From assembly GCA_047495785.1 (NCBI GenBank), contig JBLDXI010000054.1, positions 3,348,001 to 3,412,000 on the forward strand: a stretch of 64,000 nt of DNA. Reading direction: 5' to 3'. How positions within the stretch are numbered: position 1 is the stretch's first letter; every line of letters begins with the position of its first letter. Of the stretch, positions 49,434 to 62,800 are shown one piece after another. This DNA comes from Lepidodermella squamata. Lineage: Eukaryota > Animalia > Gastrotricha. Both the position numbers and the translations under genes were made by a program. The notes beneath the pieces are model-generated. The model searched no databases. It worked only from the letters and a program-made list of their open reading frames with translations, and was not told where the DNA came from.

Positions 49434-50930
49434 CAGGGCTTTTTTTAGAGGTTTACAGGTTAACAACGTAAACACAGAAACGGGGAAGTGTATACACCAA
49501 AATGTCCGATTGCCTAGAAATATGGAGTTGACGGGATAGCTTCGGGTTATTTTGAAGCACTTTAAGACCATTTACAGTGCTGAAATGTGGATACACCTTT
49601 TTTCCTTTGCAATTTCATTATTTTTATTAAAGAAACACGCGTTTATTTTTTCATGATTATCAGCGTATTCATTTTATTCATTTTCTTACTTTTTTCTACC
49701 TAAGGATTTACTCGATCTTCGAAGGTTCGCTGTATGCGAATACGAAACCCGAATGGGATGAACTATATATCAAATTGAAGCTAGAGATCTGATCCATCTA
49801 GCTGTGATATTAAAATACTGGATGCCATTTTGTTCTCGAAGGTATTCAACGTTTTAGCCGACTGGTTGTTCGGAAAGTTTCTTTTGATTTTACCTACAAT
49901 GATGTTTATTTTTCAACAAATAACTGCTAAGGAACTATTCTATTACTTAGTCTTCGCTAATTTCATCATTTCATGATGAAACCAAAGCAATATTTGCGAA
50001 AACTACCTCAGCACCCGCGTAAGCTATTGCCCAAAATGCTACTAAAGCCAAATTTTTTGAGGTTCTATCGCTTCTACTCGAGATATCACCTTCGCCTGAT
50101 TGTGCGATTCGCGTGTGAAAATATTATATATCTAGCTTCAATTTGATATATAATTCATCCCATTCGGGTTTCGTATTCGCATACAGCGAACCTTCGAAGA
50201 TCGAGTAAATTCTTAGGTAGAAAAAAGTAAGAAAATGAATTAAATGAATACGCTGATGATCATGAAAAGATAAACGCGTTTTTCTTTAATAAAAATAATG
50301 AAATTGCAAAGGAAAAAAGGTGTAATATCATCAGCTAAAGCTCGCTTCGCTCGCGGGCGACTAATTTCTAGGAATTTAAGATAATTTATTCGTCCTAACT
50401 AAAAATTCGTCGCCCAGGAAACGTCGAGGGGACGCGGTCCTCCCTCAACACGGGCGTCGTAGTCGGGCTGACCAACGCCCGGTCTCGGCGTTCGGTACAC
50501 TGAGGTAGATGTATGCCCACGTAAAATAGCATACAGGAGAATGATAATGATTATTCGTCCTTCTAGTAGGTCATTTTTGATAGGAATGAGGGGTGAAAAG
50601 GGTGAGGGCAAAATTGCGGGGTCGCGAGAGTCGCAGCACAAAATCATTCACCCGCAATTTTGATCAATTTTAGACTATTTTCAGCCAAGATCAAGTATAT
50701 AATTTATTATTCTTCGGCCAAGGCTAAGTATTGCAGCTTATTAAGGTTACGTTCTCTCAAAGTGTGACTCCTTAGAAAGCGAAAGGTCGCGATTTTTATC
50801 AATCAAGAATCTGGGAAACGCGAAATGTCAGGTTAGCCGCCGGAAAGTTCAGCACATTAGCCCGTTTACAAGTTTTTACGTGTCAACATCAAATTTTGTA
50901 AACATCAAAGGAAACCTTAAAAAAGCCCCG
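49434..50930. mobile_element. Probable degenerate non-autonomous hAT-like element containing a nested MITE
   Basis: Left end CAGGGCTTTTTTTAGAGGTTT and right end AAACCTTAAAAAAGCCCCG are near reverse complements. The flanks CCATCACT and CTACACTT only partly match as an 8-bp TSD. Confidence 0.4.
49592..50324. mobile_element. TA-flanked MITE with about 200-bp terminal inverted repeats (Tc1/mariner-like)
   Basis: TACACCTTTTTTCCTTTGCAATTTCATTA...GGGATGAACTATATATCAAATTGAAGCTAGA (49592 to about 49785) mirrors about 50131-50324 with few mismatches. Confidence 0.92.
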
Positions 50931-52411
50931 CTACACTTAATTTTGGCAATTTTAAACATTCAACCGTTCGAATCTCCCTGGGAAGAGAGATCAGAGCTGG
51001 GATCGCCCGCCGCAGTTGTTAAACAATCCTAATAAAAACGGCCGTTCGAAGCTGCCAGGAGAATGAATGACAACTCCTAAGCGCATGTCGCGTGCAAAGA
51101 AATCGCGTTCATCTCGCCATTTAAAATCAGGTTCAATGAAGTGATAATGTAACGCGGTCTTATTTCGGACAAAAAAGTGTTTTGGTTTTTTTTAAGATGA
51201 ATGCGTTATAAATGGCGAGGATTCAAAATCAAAATGAATCATATCAAAATGTTTGAGATCTTTCAAGATATTCGACATAAACAGGCTGCATTTTCGAACC
51301 TTCGTTTTCGGCTGCGATAAAAAATGCAGTCACGAGCAGTATGAGGTTTAAGAACTACCGTGATTGTGAAAGGATTGGCATATGTGACTTCGCTTGAATC
51401 CAATTGAAAATCCAATTGAAAAGTATTTGGAATTCTTGCTCGAAAATTAGATTACTTGAAATTTTCGAAGCAAAACTCGCCGAAAATCAGTCTAATCTCA
51501 AACAATGTTCGCGTCCCATTAGAATAGTGGACTACATCCGACGGTCGATGATATCGCGAGCAAACGACGCGATGCTCTTTCATTTCCAGTTTTAGTATAA
51601 TTGGAGCTACATACTTCAAAACAATTGATACTGAAATAGCCAAGAAGTTTTTAGAAATTTGGCTGTTTTGGTGCAATCCTTTTGGTGTCCTTTGTTTTCG
51701 TTTGGCCGTTTTGGAGTAGCCCTGTGGATTATTCTGGCAATAAATATGATGGTTGAGCAAAGTCTATAACCGTCAGCTTGGAAATGCCTTTCAGCCATCA
51801 GGACTTTAGCTCACACCTTTTACACTGCTGCTCGTCACTTCTCGAGCTTGACAACCATATTGCCCTTTAGAAATCAATCTTTCGATACCTATTTCACAGG
51901 TTGTACGAATGCTCCTGAACCATCAAATAATGAGTCCGCAAGATTACCCCTCGACTGGAGTCACATTTCAAGGCCGGGTCTTGTTACCAGCATCCTCAGG
52001 AGTCAGGGAGCACGCACTCACACATCCTGGGTTGTAAGTTGTAAGTTAAGTCGAAGCGTACAGCCTGGCGGATTTCCGCCAAACCGCAGAACAGTTCGCA
52101 CTGCTCGCTGCTATTAGGATCTCATCCATGTGTCCATGTGTTAATGGCAGACTGCCTTGAATACAAGGGTTCGGTAAGGGGTTTGTCAACTCCTTATGGT
52201 TGCGACCGCGTAGTGGTAAATGGTGCTTCTCATTCCATAAATCACCAATCAATAATAGATTCGAATTCGGAAAAAATCGATATAAAGTACCTTAGCTGGG
52301 CGGTTTAACCGACATTTTGCTCGAATTTGTTCTCCAAAAGGAAAATTAGGCTTACAGGTGAAAAAAGTGGGGGCAGGAAGTTTTACCAGACAGCAACATT
52401 GTACGGGGGCG

Positions 52412-52720
52412 ACTTTTTTCATCCGACCAATGTCTTATTTTTTCATCCGACAACCAAAAATGTGACTAAAATCATCCGACATGAAAACATCGACTTTCTC
52501 GATTTTCCAAAGTTCGATTTTTCCGTGGGGGCATACCCCTTTTATGCACCATATTTTGGCCCCTGAACCGCCAGAATTTTATGGTGAAATATTTATGGCG
52601 ATCCGAGTTGTCACTTTTTTACTGTAATTTTTTGAAAACATGAAAACGCAAGTCTGCAGGTTTTAGTCACATTTTTGGTTGTCGGATGAAAAAATAAGAC
52701 ATTGGTCGGATGAAAAAAGT
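52412..52720. mobile_element. MITE with about 60-bp near-perfect inverted arms
   Basis: ACTTTTTTCATCCGACCAATGTCTTATTTTTTCATCCGACAACCAAAAATGTGACTAAAA (52412-52471) equals the reverse complement of 52661-52720. CATCCGAC is repeated internally. Confidence 0.85.
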
Positions 52721-55700
52721 TTTCTCCCATTGCACCTTTGTCGGGCTGCCCGAATACACCGCTCTTAAGCTTTTCCATTATTTTCATAAATAATTTTCAC
52801 AACCTTTGAGGCTAGCAGCTCGTGCTATATTTTCCATATCGTCTTTTTCCAGGAGCACAAAACAGTAAGAAAATGAAGATGCAGAAAATGGTCACGTGCC
52901 ACGTTGGCTCGAATGAAATTTATTTCGCACAAGCTGATAATAACGACAGAGAAAATTGGGTAGTGTAGCTGCATTTTTGGAATTTTTCAAGGAAACCGCC
53001 TTTAATCATTGAGGTGATGCCTATTGTTTTTGTTTGACTATAATATTTAGGGATTTTCCTATATAATATTAGCAGTTTGTTGTTTATTGTACTGTCAATT
53101 GGTTATTCTTCTAGTCCGAGCGCCTGAATTCCAGAATTTCTGGACAAGCGAAGGTGACAAAATATCACCTCTCTGTGTTTACCATCTTGAAACTTGAGAT
53201 ATTAGGTTCCTCCGCGTAATATCGCAAAGCATTATAATTATTTAAATTGAGATAAAATCAAATTGCTGGAGGTGGGAGTAACGGATTTTCCTAGTGCTAA
53301 ATTTAAACCATCTGAACAAAAAACGGGCTTGTTTTTCAGGTTGATCGATCAATCATCAATCTGTCGATCTGTCTCACCTGATCGTCCTTCAACCTGCAAC
53401 CACGCAGGTCATTCACGCCCAAATAGAGTGTCAAACAGTGTGACGCGAAAATAGTGTGCGATTTCATTAGAGCGACATTTTGTCGTTGGTGCGGCTAAAA
53501 GTCCTATCTCCAATAGAGCTTTCCAACACTGTCACCGAGGCCATTATATTAGTTGTAAGCAACTCGGGCCACTATATGATTTCTCATTTTTTGTTTGCCA
53601 TTTGTTTACGTCATCGCCCATTAATTGCCTGGTAAAACAATTTTTATTCTGAGCATATAGCACTTGTTGCCCTGTTCGAACTCAGGCCATGGAGACAGAA
53701 TTTTTTATGTGCGCAAAAAATGACCTCGAAAAAATGGAAAAAAAATCCGCGAAGGTGGAGATGGGGCTTTTTATCCCTGGCGCGTTATTTAGAGACGCCT
53801 TTTCAGATTATTGACCAGAGCGTGAAGACCAGAGTCAGGAACTATAACACTTCAATTTCGACCCTGTATGGAAATAGGACTTTTACCACACCAACGACGA
53901 TTTGTCGAGCAAGACCGAAATGTCGTTATATTTAGCGGTTTTCGATTTTTAGCTCTGTATATTTTTATTCGGAATAAACTATTTTCGGGCTTGCCATACT
54001 TTAATCCCGTTCCATTTTTTTTCTCAAGATTATTTAAAAATATTATATTATATGTTTTTTGCGTGTCGGATATATCCTGTCATGGCGATGATGAAAATAG
54101 CTAGAAGGCTTTCTATCGACGTATATTTTTAGCCTATGATAGGTTCCGAACGGTAAATAATGCTTTGTCCTTAAACTTCACTTTTCACATCATCTGATAC
54201 TTTTGAAATCCTATAATCCACCGTTGCTCCGATCATCGCAAGGCACGTGGCGGCGCAGTGCAATATTTCAGGGTTGTTTTTCTATCCATTTTCCGCAAAT
54301 TTGAACATAATAATATTAATACCCATGTTCATAGTCTGCGCCGCTGACGGTCATGGGATGATAACATGTGACCACGTAAATTTAGCTTCTTGATCAACAA
54401 ATCATATTATAGACTCATGTGATCGAACATCTGATGCATGCAGGTTATTTTCACTCACCTCGAGCATCGATCGCAGCAGCTAAAATATCACGCACATGGT
54501 GTGCTTGGCTTACGTCTTTCATTCGAAGAAGGTTATTTTTCGTCATGACACATGTCAATTAAATTTCAAGTATCAATTTTCGTTGAAATCAAAGCTCACC
54601 CAACCGCGCACAGGTAATTTTTGTCGATTTTTGTTAACATGATATCTCGCCGCACATCGCCCCGGTGTCACGCTACTTGCAATGATTTTAGCCTTGGAGA
54701 AAGACATGATACGTATGCTCACCCTACGTATATGTAATTTCTTTTAATTTATCGGAATGTCAGATAAAAGAAATCAATCTGACTGTAGTACTTGCGGCTT
54801 CAAGTACAAAGTACGCTGAAGATCCAAAATTATACAGTATGGTATGCATTTTAGTTAGTCAATATCAATATCGTAATTGTCTATTTAAACTTTTGCTCCT
54901 TTGCACTCTCATCTCATTTAAAATATCCAGCCAACTAGTGTTTTATTGGTATCTAACACAACCGTTGCGGCATCTGTTTAATTGAAATTTAGCGGCTAAG
55001 TCGGGTGTAAATGCCAGGACACGCGCCAGTGCGCCGCCACCTCTTGCGCGCATTCATCGTTTTTGCGTGATCAAATTGCTGTTGAAATGGCGGACATCCT
55101 TTGATGCAATTTAATGCCAATACATCCGCACCACATGGCGACGGCTTGGCAAGCCGATGGCTAGACGCCCAGTGAAAATGCCCATATGTCTGGTATTTAT
55201 GCCCGACTAATTCATTTTTCGCGCGGTTAGCAGATTTTTTTTTTATGGCCAGACACCATGCGGCGGACATCAAAATACCGCGCCAAAAAGCCGAGGCGCG
55301 TCATTTTGCATCGCTAATGATATTTTATACAAGTAATATCTTACCGCGCTAAGGCGCGAACGATGTCCTGTAAACATGAGCCAACACGTGTTAGTCTAGA
55401 CTTCCGCCGGTCAGGTTACTTTACCCCAAAAAGTACAATATAACGCCTGTCATTCACAACTCCACTATACACGATATTTATGAACATTTGATGTCTCTCA
55501 GCTGGCAATCAGTAAGCATTGGTGGTTCGGTGATTTAAGACTGCGGATGCGAGGTAATGAGCTAAGCTTTCTGTCGGACTATTCGCAGCTAATTTAATAA
55601 TTATTATTTTTAGCGCCGCTGCGCATGAGCATCAATAATAGATAAACTGCGCAATGAGAATCGCGATTATCCATATCACATGACTCCACGGCGCCACTAG

Positions 55701-57103
55701 CTAATAAGTTATTCGCATTGTTCACGCACTTGTCATGAGGTTTTTCCAGGTTACTCATCTCCCTGCGAAATAATTGCGCTCAAGCACGGGTTTCGGAAGT
55801 TATTTTGAGATCACTTCAAGTGCGTGAATTGGCAACTGCGCAATTAAAATTGAACATGTGTGTTCACACACAAACACACTTCGTCACGCTACCAACTCGC
55901 GACACGGATTAATGAGGCGGACTGGATTGAGCCCGGCTATTTGTCGTCATTGCGGACAATAGAGCCAATCGTAAAACCACTTCACGTGATCAAAATCGCA
56001 CGTGTTGCAGAGCCATATGGTAGGTGCGTCGTAGATTTTATGCCGTGTTGAAATTCGTAGAGTTGTACTAAATTTAACACATAGGAGCACATCAGATCAT
56101 ACTAAGACGCAATAGCAAAAAAGAGGGTTAACAGCACCCGCCGTCACATGAGAGCACGTGACGTAGAAGTACGAAAACAAGTTCGCAATTCTCTTTGCTG
56201 GAAAATAAGCCTTTTCAAAAACAACAGCTCTCAGTCTGTTATTTTATTTCTCTACTATATAACACCTTAACATGGCATATACCAATGTCATTAGCCCAAC
56301 AGAAAATCACCCATCATTAGGGACGAGTTATATTTTGCTTTGAATTGTTTCAAATGTTATTTCCAGTGCGATTTTCCTATCCGCTCACATTCAGGTTAAA
56401 CCTAGCAGTTTTTAAATAGAAAATCCATTTAATACTCTGGCTTCATTGCCACATTTTTCGCATAATAACTGTAGCATTATTGAGTCGCGAACGAAACATG
56501 AATAAGACATGATGACGACCAAGCAAACAGTAAGCCGTACATTTCATTTATTATTATTATCAATTGCGTAGATAGCTGTGAGCTGGCCTTACGCAGTACC
56601 TCACACGCGGATCGATGCTTTCATTTTATTATACGCGACGCATAGCACAATGTATGGTTGCCCTGTGTATTTGTACGCGGGCTTCGTCCGCACATTTGCC
56701 GAAGTCTGCTTGCGTCACGTGATTTTTAACTTGGCCCCTCCGATGTCTAAAAATAATTTTTCCTATCAAATATTCTAATATTAGCACCAATAATCATATT
56801 TGCTTTTCGGCTAGCAATATTCGCATTTTTTCTCTGGTTTTTAATAGGAAAACATGAAACTATTTCGTGTTGACTTGTAGTACACTTGCACCTCTCAGCA
56901 CTGCGCAGTGAATTATGGCGTTTCTCACAGACACATGGATACCATGATTGCTGCTAGCTGCTTGTGCTGCTATACCTTTACCTATACCTTATTGTCCCTA
57001 ACTGATTATTTGTTTCTTTATAGTGATTATTATATAAGAAGCTTATCAGTCTAGCGAAATTCAACCGAAGGCATATTTTGAAAGCATTTGATTACAACCA
57101 AAA

Positions 57104-59891
57104 ATGCTTTCATCTATGCCAGCTTGTCTCCCCCTAGTGGGGAAACTTAACAGTGCTGGTACGCCTGGGCAGCCTCAGTCAGCTGCATCAACCGCCCAGC
57201 TTAAAACTGGCTCCTCAGTTGCCAGCGTTAGCTTGCTTCAGCAACAGCAGCAGCAACTTGCGGCCTCCAATCTTCAAGTCCAAAAGCAGCTTCAAGAGCA
57301 ACAAGCTCTGCTTCAGCAGCAACAACAGCAACAGCAGCAGTTTCCTCAATCATCACAGTCTCAGCAACAAGGCGTACCTCCAGTATTACCTCCAGCTAAG
57401 GGCCAACGGTGTGATTGTTGCTGTCAATGTAAGTCGATTGATCCGTTTTGACCTAGTTGTAGACAACATAAACAACATAGGGTTAATCAGCTTTGACTTT
57501 TGATACATGAGCAATTTTGCTGCTCTGAATGAATCTAGCCGTTTGACCAAGCTAGATTAGTTAGTGTTGTAGGCTACGAGCCTCATCGTTAGATTTGACC
57601 ATCTAATCATAACCTTTACTTCATATATCTCTATCTATTCATTATAGGTTTTCAAAACCACGAGAGATCAGGTCTTGCTTATGAAACCGGAAGACTATGT
57701 GGCAAAGGCGGGTTCGGCGAAGTTTATGAGGGCTTTCGACGTGCAGATCGGCTACCAGTCGCCATCAAGCACATACGTAAAACCAAAGTGACGGAATGGC
57801 ATCTAACTCCGAGTGGGCGTCGCCTGCCCATGGAAATCTACCTGCTTGCTAGGCTTACTGCTTACATGCAGCCAGGAATTACCAAACTCATCGACTTCTA
57901 TGAGTTCCAGGATCGGTTCACCCTCATTCTCGAACGGCCGCACACTCACATAGATCTCTTCGAGTACATTTCGAATAATTCTCGGGTACCCGGTTGTGTT
58001 GGATTGCCCGAATCCCTGAGTCGGCATTTCTTCCGACAGGTTTGAGTTTTTGGCTAAGCGCCAAACTTATTTAATCAATTCATTTAAACAACAATAGGTT
58101 GTGAGAACACTGATCGGCGTTCATACAGCTGGCGTTGCTCATCGCGATGTCAAGGACGAAAACATCCTTCTTGATTTGGAGACTATGGAAGCTAAACTCA
58201 TCGACTTCGGCTCGGGTGCTATTTATAAAGACGAGCCTTACACCGACTTTGACGGTAAGCTGCCAAGCATTTTTTGTTAGGCTTTTTAAACCTCGGAATT
58301 TGAGTCTTAAGTGCTCATCTGTTTGCTATTTTGCGACGCACATCCTTTTTCCGTGTAGTTTCAACCTGAATAAGAAGCAATCCCTGTGATATTAATTGTA
58401 AGGGATTTTTCGCGAATCTCAGTGTCTCGTGATCAATCGCTGTGCCAAATGACAAGTTTCAGTTCATTTCTAGTTGTTTTCCTGCTGCGCACATGAAGTA
58501 ATAAGGCTTGGAGGTTGATTTGATCGATTTTTTTTCCGCTGCTAACTACGCAGTTGAGTTTTTTCGCTCTCTTCTCGCTTGTCATGTACGTTCCATGCTA
58601 TTCATGCAGAAAGCCTTCAGCATGCGCGTGTCTGAATGTGTAGGCGCCGCTTTCCAACTGCGCAGTTGGGAACTCCGCCGCAATCGATCGCTGCGCTATA
58701 TAATTTCCGTATGTTTTGCGCATTGCCGAGCACACGTCGTCACAGTGCAGCTGAAAACACTCGATATATTACTATTGCGTGATCTATACGTATAATATAT
58801 ACGTATATATACATATCGGTCGAAACTGCACGTCTGTAGTCAGTTCCCGGATACTTGGCAACGCTTGGTAAATATCACGTGTGCGTGTAGTTATCGCTAA
58901 AACAACTACGCAGGCGAAAATACGTATCATAGACGAGCAATTATTTTTTGGTAAAAATAGTTTGGGACCATATTATTCGTTCATCGCAGCGGCATGCGCG
59001 AAATCACATGACTGCGATTTGCTGTTGTATGTGTACGCACTCAGCTCAATTGCCTCGGTTATCTACGCTGACGTGCAGTGTGTTTGTGCGCTACCATCAC
59101 GTGAATAGCAAAGAATAACCAAGAAAAAACGTGCGTTTTTACGAACGTGTGCTTTACTCGCCGCGTCATTTTGTATGGCCGCCGTGGTGGTGGTTCGTTG
59201 TCGCCGCCGTCTCGAGCAAACATTCTAGTCAAAGCTGCGCTAGTTAGCAGCAGCAGCAGCCGCAGTGATCTGCATTATAGTAGCCTTCTTACATGCATGT
59301 TTCATGCGAGACGTTTTGTTCTGCGTGGAATGTGCCACATTAAATTATCACGAGTTGTAGGGCGAACAATTTCTGCTGCGTAGTCGAAGTCAATGAAGAC
59401 AAAAAACACATGATGCGAATGAGGTTAAAAATGTCTGTGTTGTTTTAGGTACTCGAGTTTACAGCCCGCCGGAGTGGATCCGATTCAAGTGCTACAACAT
59501 CGGCCCCGCGACCGTGTGGTCGCTAGGCATCCTCCTCTACGACATGGTGTGTGGAGACATTCCGTACGAGAAAGATGCGCAAATCCTATCAGGCCGCCTT
59601 GAATTTCGTTCGGCGTACCTGACAGAAGAGTGCCGGCATTTGATTCGGCAATGCCTGTGTCTGAACCCGGCCAACCGGCCCACCCTCGAATCGCTGCTCG
59701 AGCACCCGTGGATGAAGGCTCCGTTCTTGCCTGATCTCTACGATATCGAGTGTGCCTCGAATAATTCGCTCGCTTCGGCGACCTCGTCACAAGCAGCTAT
59801 CGCAGCGGCTCAACAACAAGCTGCTCAGGCCAACCGCGCCGGCGGCAGTCAAGGCTCGCTGCAGGGTTCGATAGGGTCGTTACAAGGTTGA
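57104..59891 (+). CDS. PIM: PIM-family serine/threonine kinase with poly-Q N-terminus
   Basis: Exons 57104-57428, 57648-58039, 58098-58254, 59449-59891. [18 protein letters not shown] hinge [51 protein letters not shown]. Confidence 0.93.
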
Positions 59892-62800
59892 AGGGTCGCC
59901 TCTCGGTATCAAATACCACTCCTCACGACAAACATTCTTGTGTTATGTCACATCTTACCGTAAAATATTAACTGTAAAATAAGCGACACAAATAATCTCC
60001 TTTTTTGATGTAAATAAGCGTAAATGAAAAGTTATTATTAAGGAGTACTTTTTAAAATGTATCAACTTCGTTCCAAGCGCGCATTTCTCGTGTGAATTTT
60101 GGCTGATTTACGATGATGACGATAATAATAATTATAATAATGATGATAACAATAATGATCTTGAAATTGTTGTTTGCGCTTGGCTAATCAATTTAGAAAA
60201 TAAAACTGTTATTTTTCTTCGAGAGGAATGTTGTAGAGTCGTCGAAATACAGCCGTTCAGCAGTTTCAATCTTTTCTTATGAAGATGTGCCTCGAAACTG
60301 TTTCGTTATCGGCGCAATTCGGAAAACCTACGTTCAACTCTTGTTCTGCAGATTTTTGCCCGAAATTCACCGTGTGCGCAAATATGGAACTCTCTGTCAT
60401 CTCATCTATTTATTATTAATAATTATTGTTTGGGTTTTATTTGCACGTAACTGTATACTAAACAGATTTATTCAAATCTTCTTCCAACATCATTCGTTAT
60501 TATCGCTATTATAATTATAATAATTATTATCATTGACACGGCTAATTCAAATCGAGAGATGACGGCGACTTGTTATAGTTCCAAATTTATCATGGCAGTT
60601 TTTCTCGGCTAAGGTTCATTTTCTCGTCAAACTCGGAGAGATTTAGGCAAAAATCAGTTATATTTCTATGTATAAAAAATGAATTTTTTGTAAAATTCTC
60701 TAATAAGGCTTGAATATTGTAAATCGAATTATTTTACGCGGTTTTTTAGTCAGGAATTACAGCAAAAATGGAATATTTCTCTTCATTGTGTTTTTTCTCG
60801 GGACAAATATCGTTTTTTCGCTATAAATATATTTTGGCTTCTTTTCGACGACGGCGCTGCCCTCGCGCGATTTTGTCCTATTCAGCATCTTCATCATCAT
60901 CACTTCTATTGTTATTGAAGCGCGTCAGGATACGGCTCAAACCGGAAACATTAACGTCTATTCAGTTGTCAAATTTGTTCGAAGCTGAATCTAAGATGAA
61001 AGCAAAAAATATTTCGAATCATTACGGTGATGGTTTGTAATAAGTGTTGCGCGTTCGTATTTTTTCTCCTCATCGTTGTCATCATCATCTTCGTTTCCGT
61101 TCGTGCGTGTGCGTTCACTTCTCAATGGGATATTTTCGATATATACATTTACTGGTGTCATGAAGCTTGACGATAAACTGAGCAACAATTGTTGGCTTGA
61201 AACGGCTGTAATCCTCGTTGTCTCCTTAACGCCCAATCACGTCCTTGAGTTGGAATAATGCCTAAAATGCTGAAAGATGAATGAAAAGTTGGCTCTTCTA
61301 CGCTCGATGATGAAGATGTAAGAAATATTGATTGGATTTCTTCTCAAACTTGTATAGATAATCTGTAAAGAGCGTTTCGAAACTGATCATTTTGAGCAGC
61401 CAGATGCTAACTTTATCCAACAAATAATAATAATAACCATGAATATTCATATTCACCACTATGTCACGTTTTCCTTCGTGCTTTTAATTTCTTTGTGGTA
61501 AGATGCAAATTGCGAGGAAAGTTTGTTCAACGGGAGGTTGAATAATAAAATGAAACCAAGTTGAAATGCCTGTTTTTGGCCTGGTTTTTATCAAATCTAT
61601 CGTTTTCCAGACGGCGCGATAATTTTTCACGTGATGGAGAAAGTCATTTTTAATTATGTTTTTTTTCTTCGCCTATTGTTTACTTAGTTTTGTCGTCAGC
61701 AGTTGACATAGCGTGGGCTTCGCTGATGCGTATGTAGCTGTTATTAAAGGCTATAAATAATACATACAAAGCGGCGGGGCGGGTTGCCCAGTTTCAAAAG
61801 AGACATAAACACGTGTGGTGTGAACTATGAACCTGGGTAGATGCTAACACGAGACAGGAATTCCGTAATATGCTGTAACCGATGATTAATTCAATGAAAA
61901 GACGCATGGCCCTGCGACCGGTTTCCCACATACCGGCGAGTTCACTCGAGCCGGGTCAGGTATTTCTCGCGCATCAGTCGCGCTTCACATCATTTTGCGA
62001 AATTTTATCGCTAAAATCCGGCGCCATGCGATTGACAGGCATGCTGTATTGCCGACAGCAACCATCATTCCAAGCGCGTATATCCGGTGTGACCATTGTT
62101 TGACCTCTTTCCGGCTGGTTTGATTTGAGCGATTTTCGGAATAAATTAATCACTTTGATTGCAACGCTCATGTTAATTAGTTTCCGCTTCATCTTGTGTT
62201 ATATTCGCGAGTTGAGGACGCGAACAGCCGCTAGCGATTGCAACTGGCGCCGCCGCTAAATCTGAACTAATGATGATGTCGACGATGATAAACACAGCGG
62301 CAGATGCATCACTGGTAATACCCTAAAAGTGAGCGTTATATTGCGAATAATTGTCAACATACGCGCGTCGTCAAAGCCAACGGCTTCGCTTAAAGATAGC
62401 AGATGTGGCTCATCATCCGGCCAATATTCGTATTTCGCGCCCTTTGCCGGTGCGCCTGGAACGCGCTCGTTACGGCGCGTTACATGGACGCGTGCGCTCG
62501 TTACGAAATTATCCTCACACAGTTCGTCCTCAAACCGATGGCCTGGGCATCTATATTGCTCATAAGCTGGGCATCGCTAACGGGGTCATGACCAGCGTTG
62601 GTGCTACTTTGGCTACGTAACGCTCGCAAAACCGACGCTTCTGGCTGCGCGGCTAAACAACTGGCCGCACACCTTCGTTGCCGTCAAGTAATAAATAATA
62701 CACATGGGACTCATCCTCCACCACCACCGTTGCAGCGCTCAATAAATAATTATCAAGAGCCGCAGCGTCGTTCCTGTGTGGACCTGATGACATAACGCTA

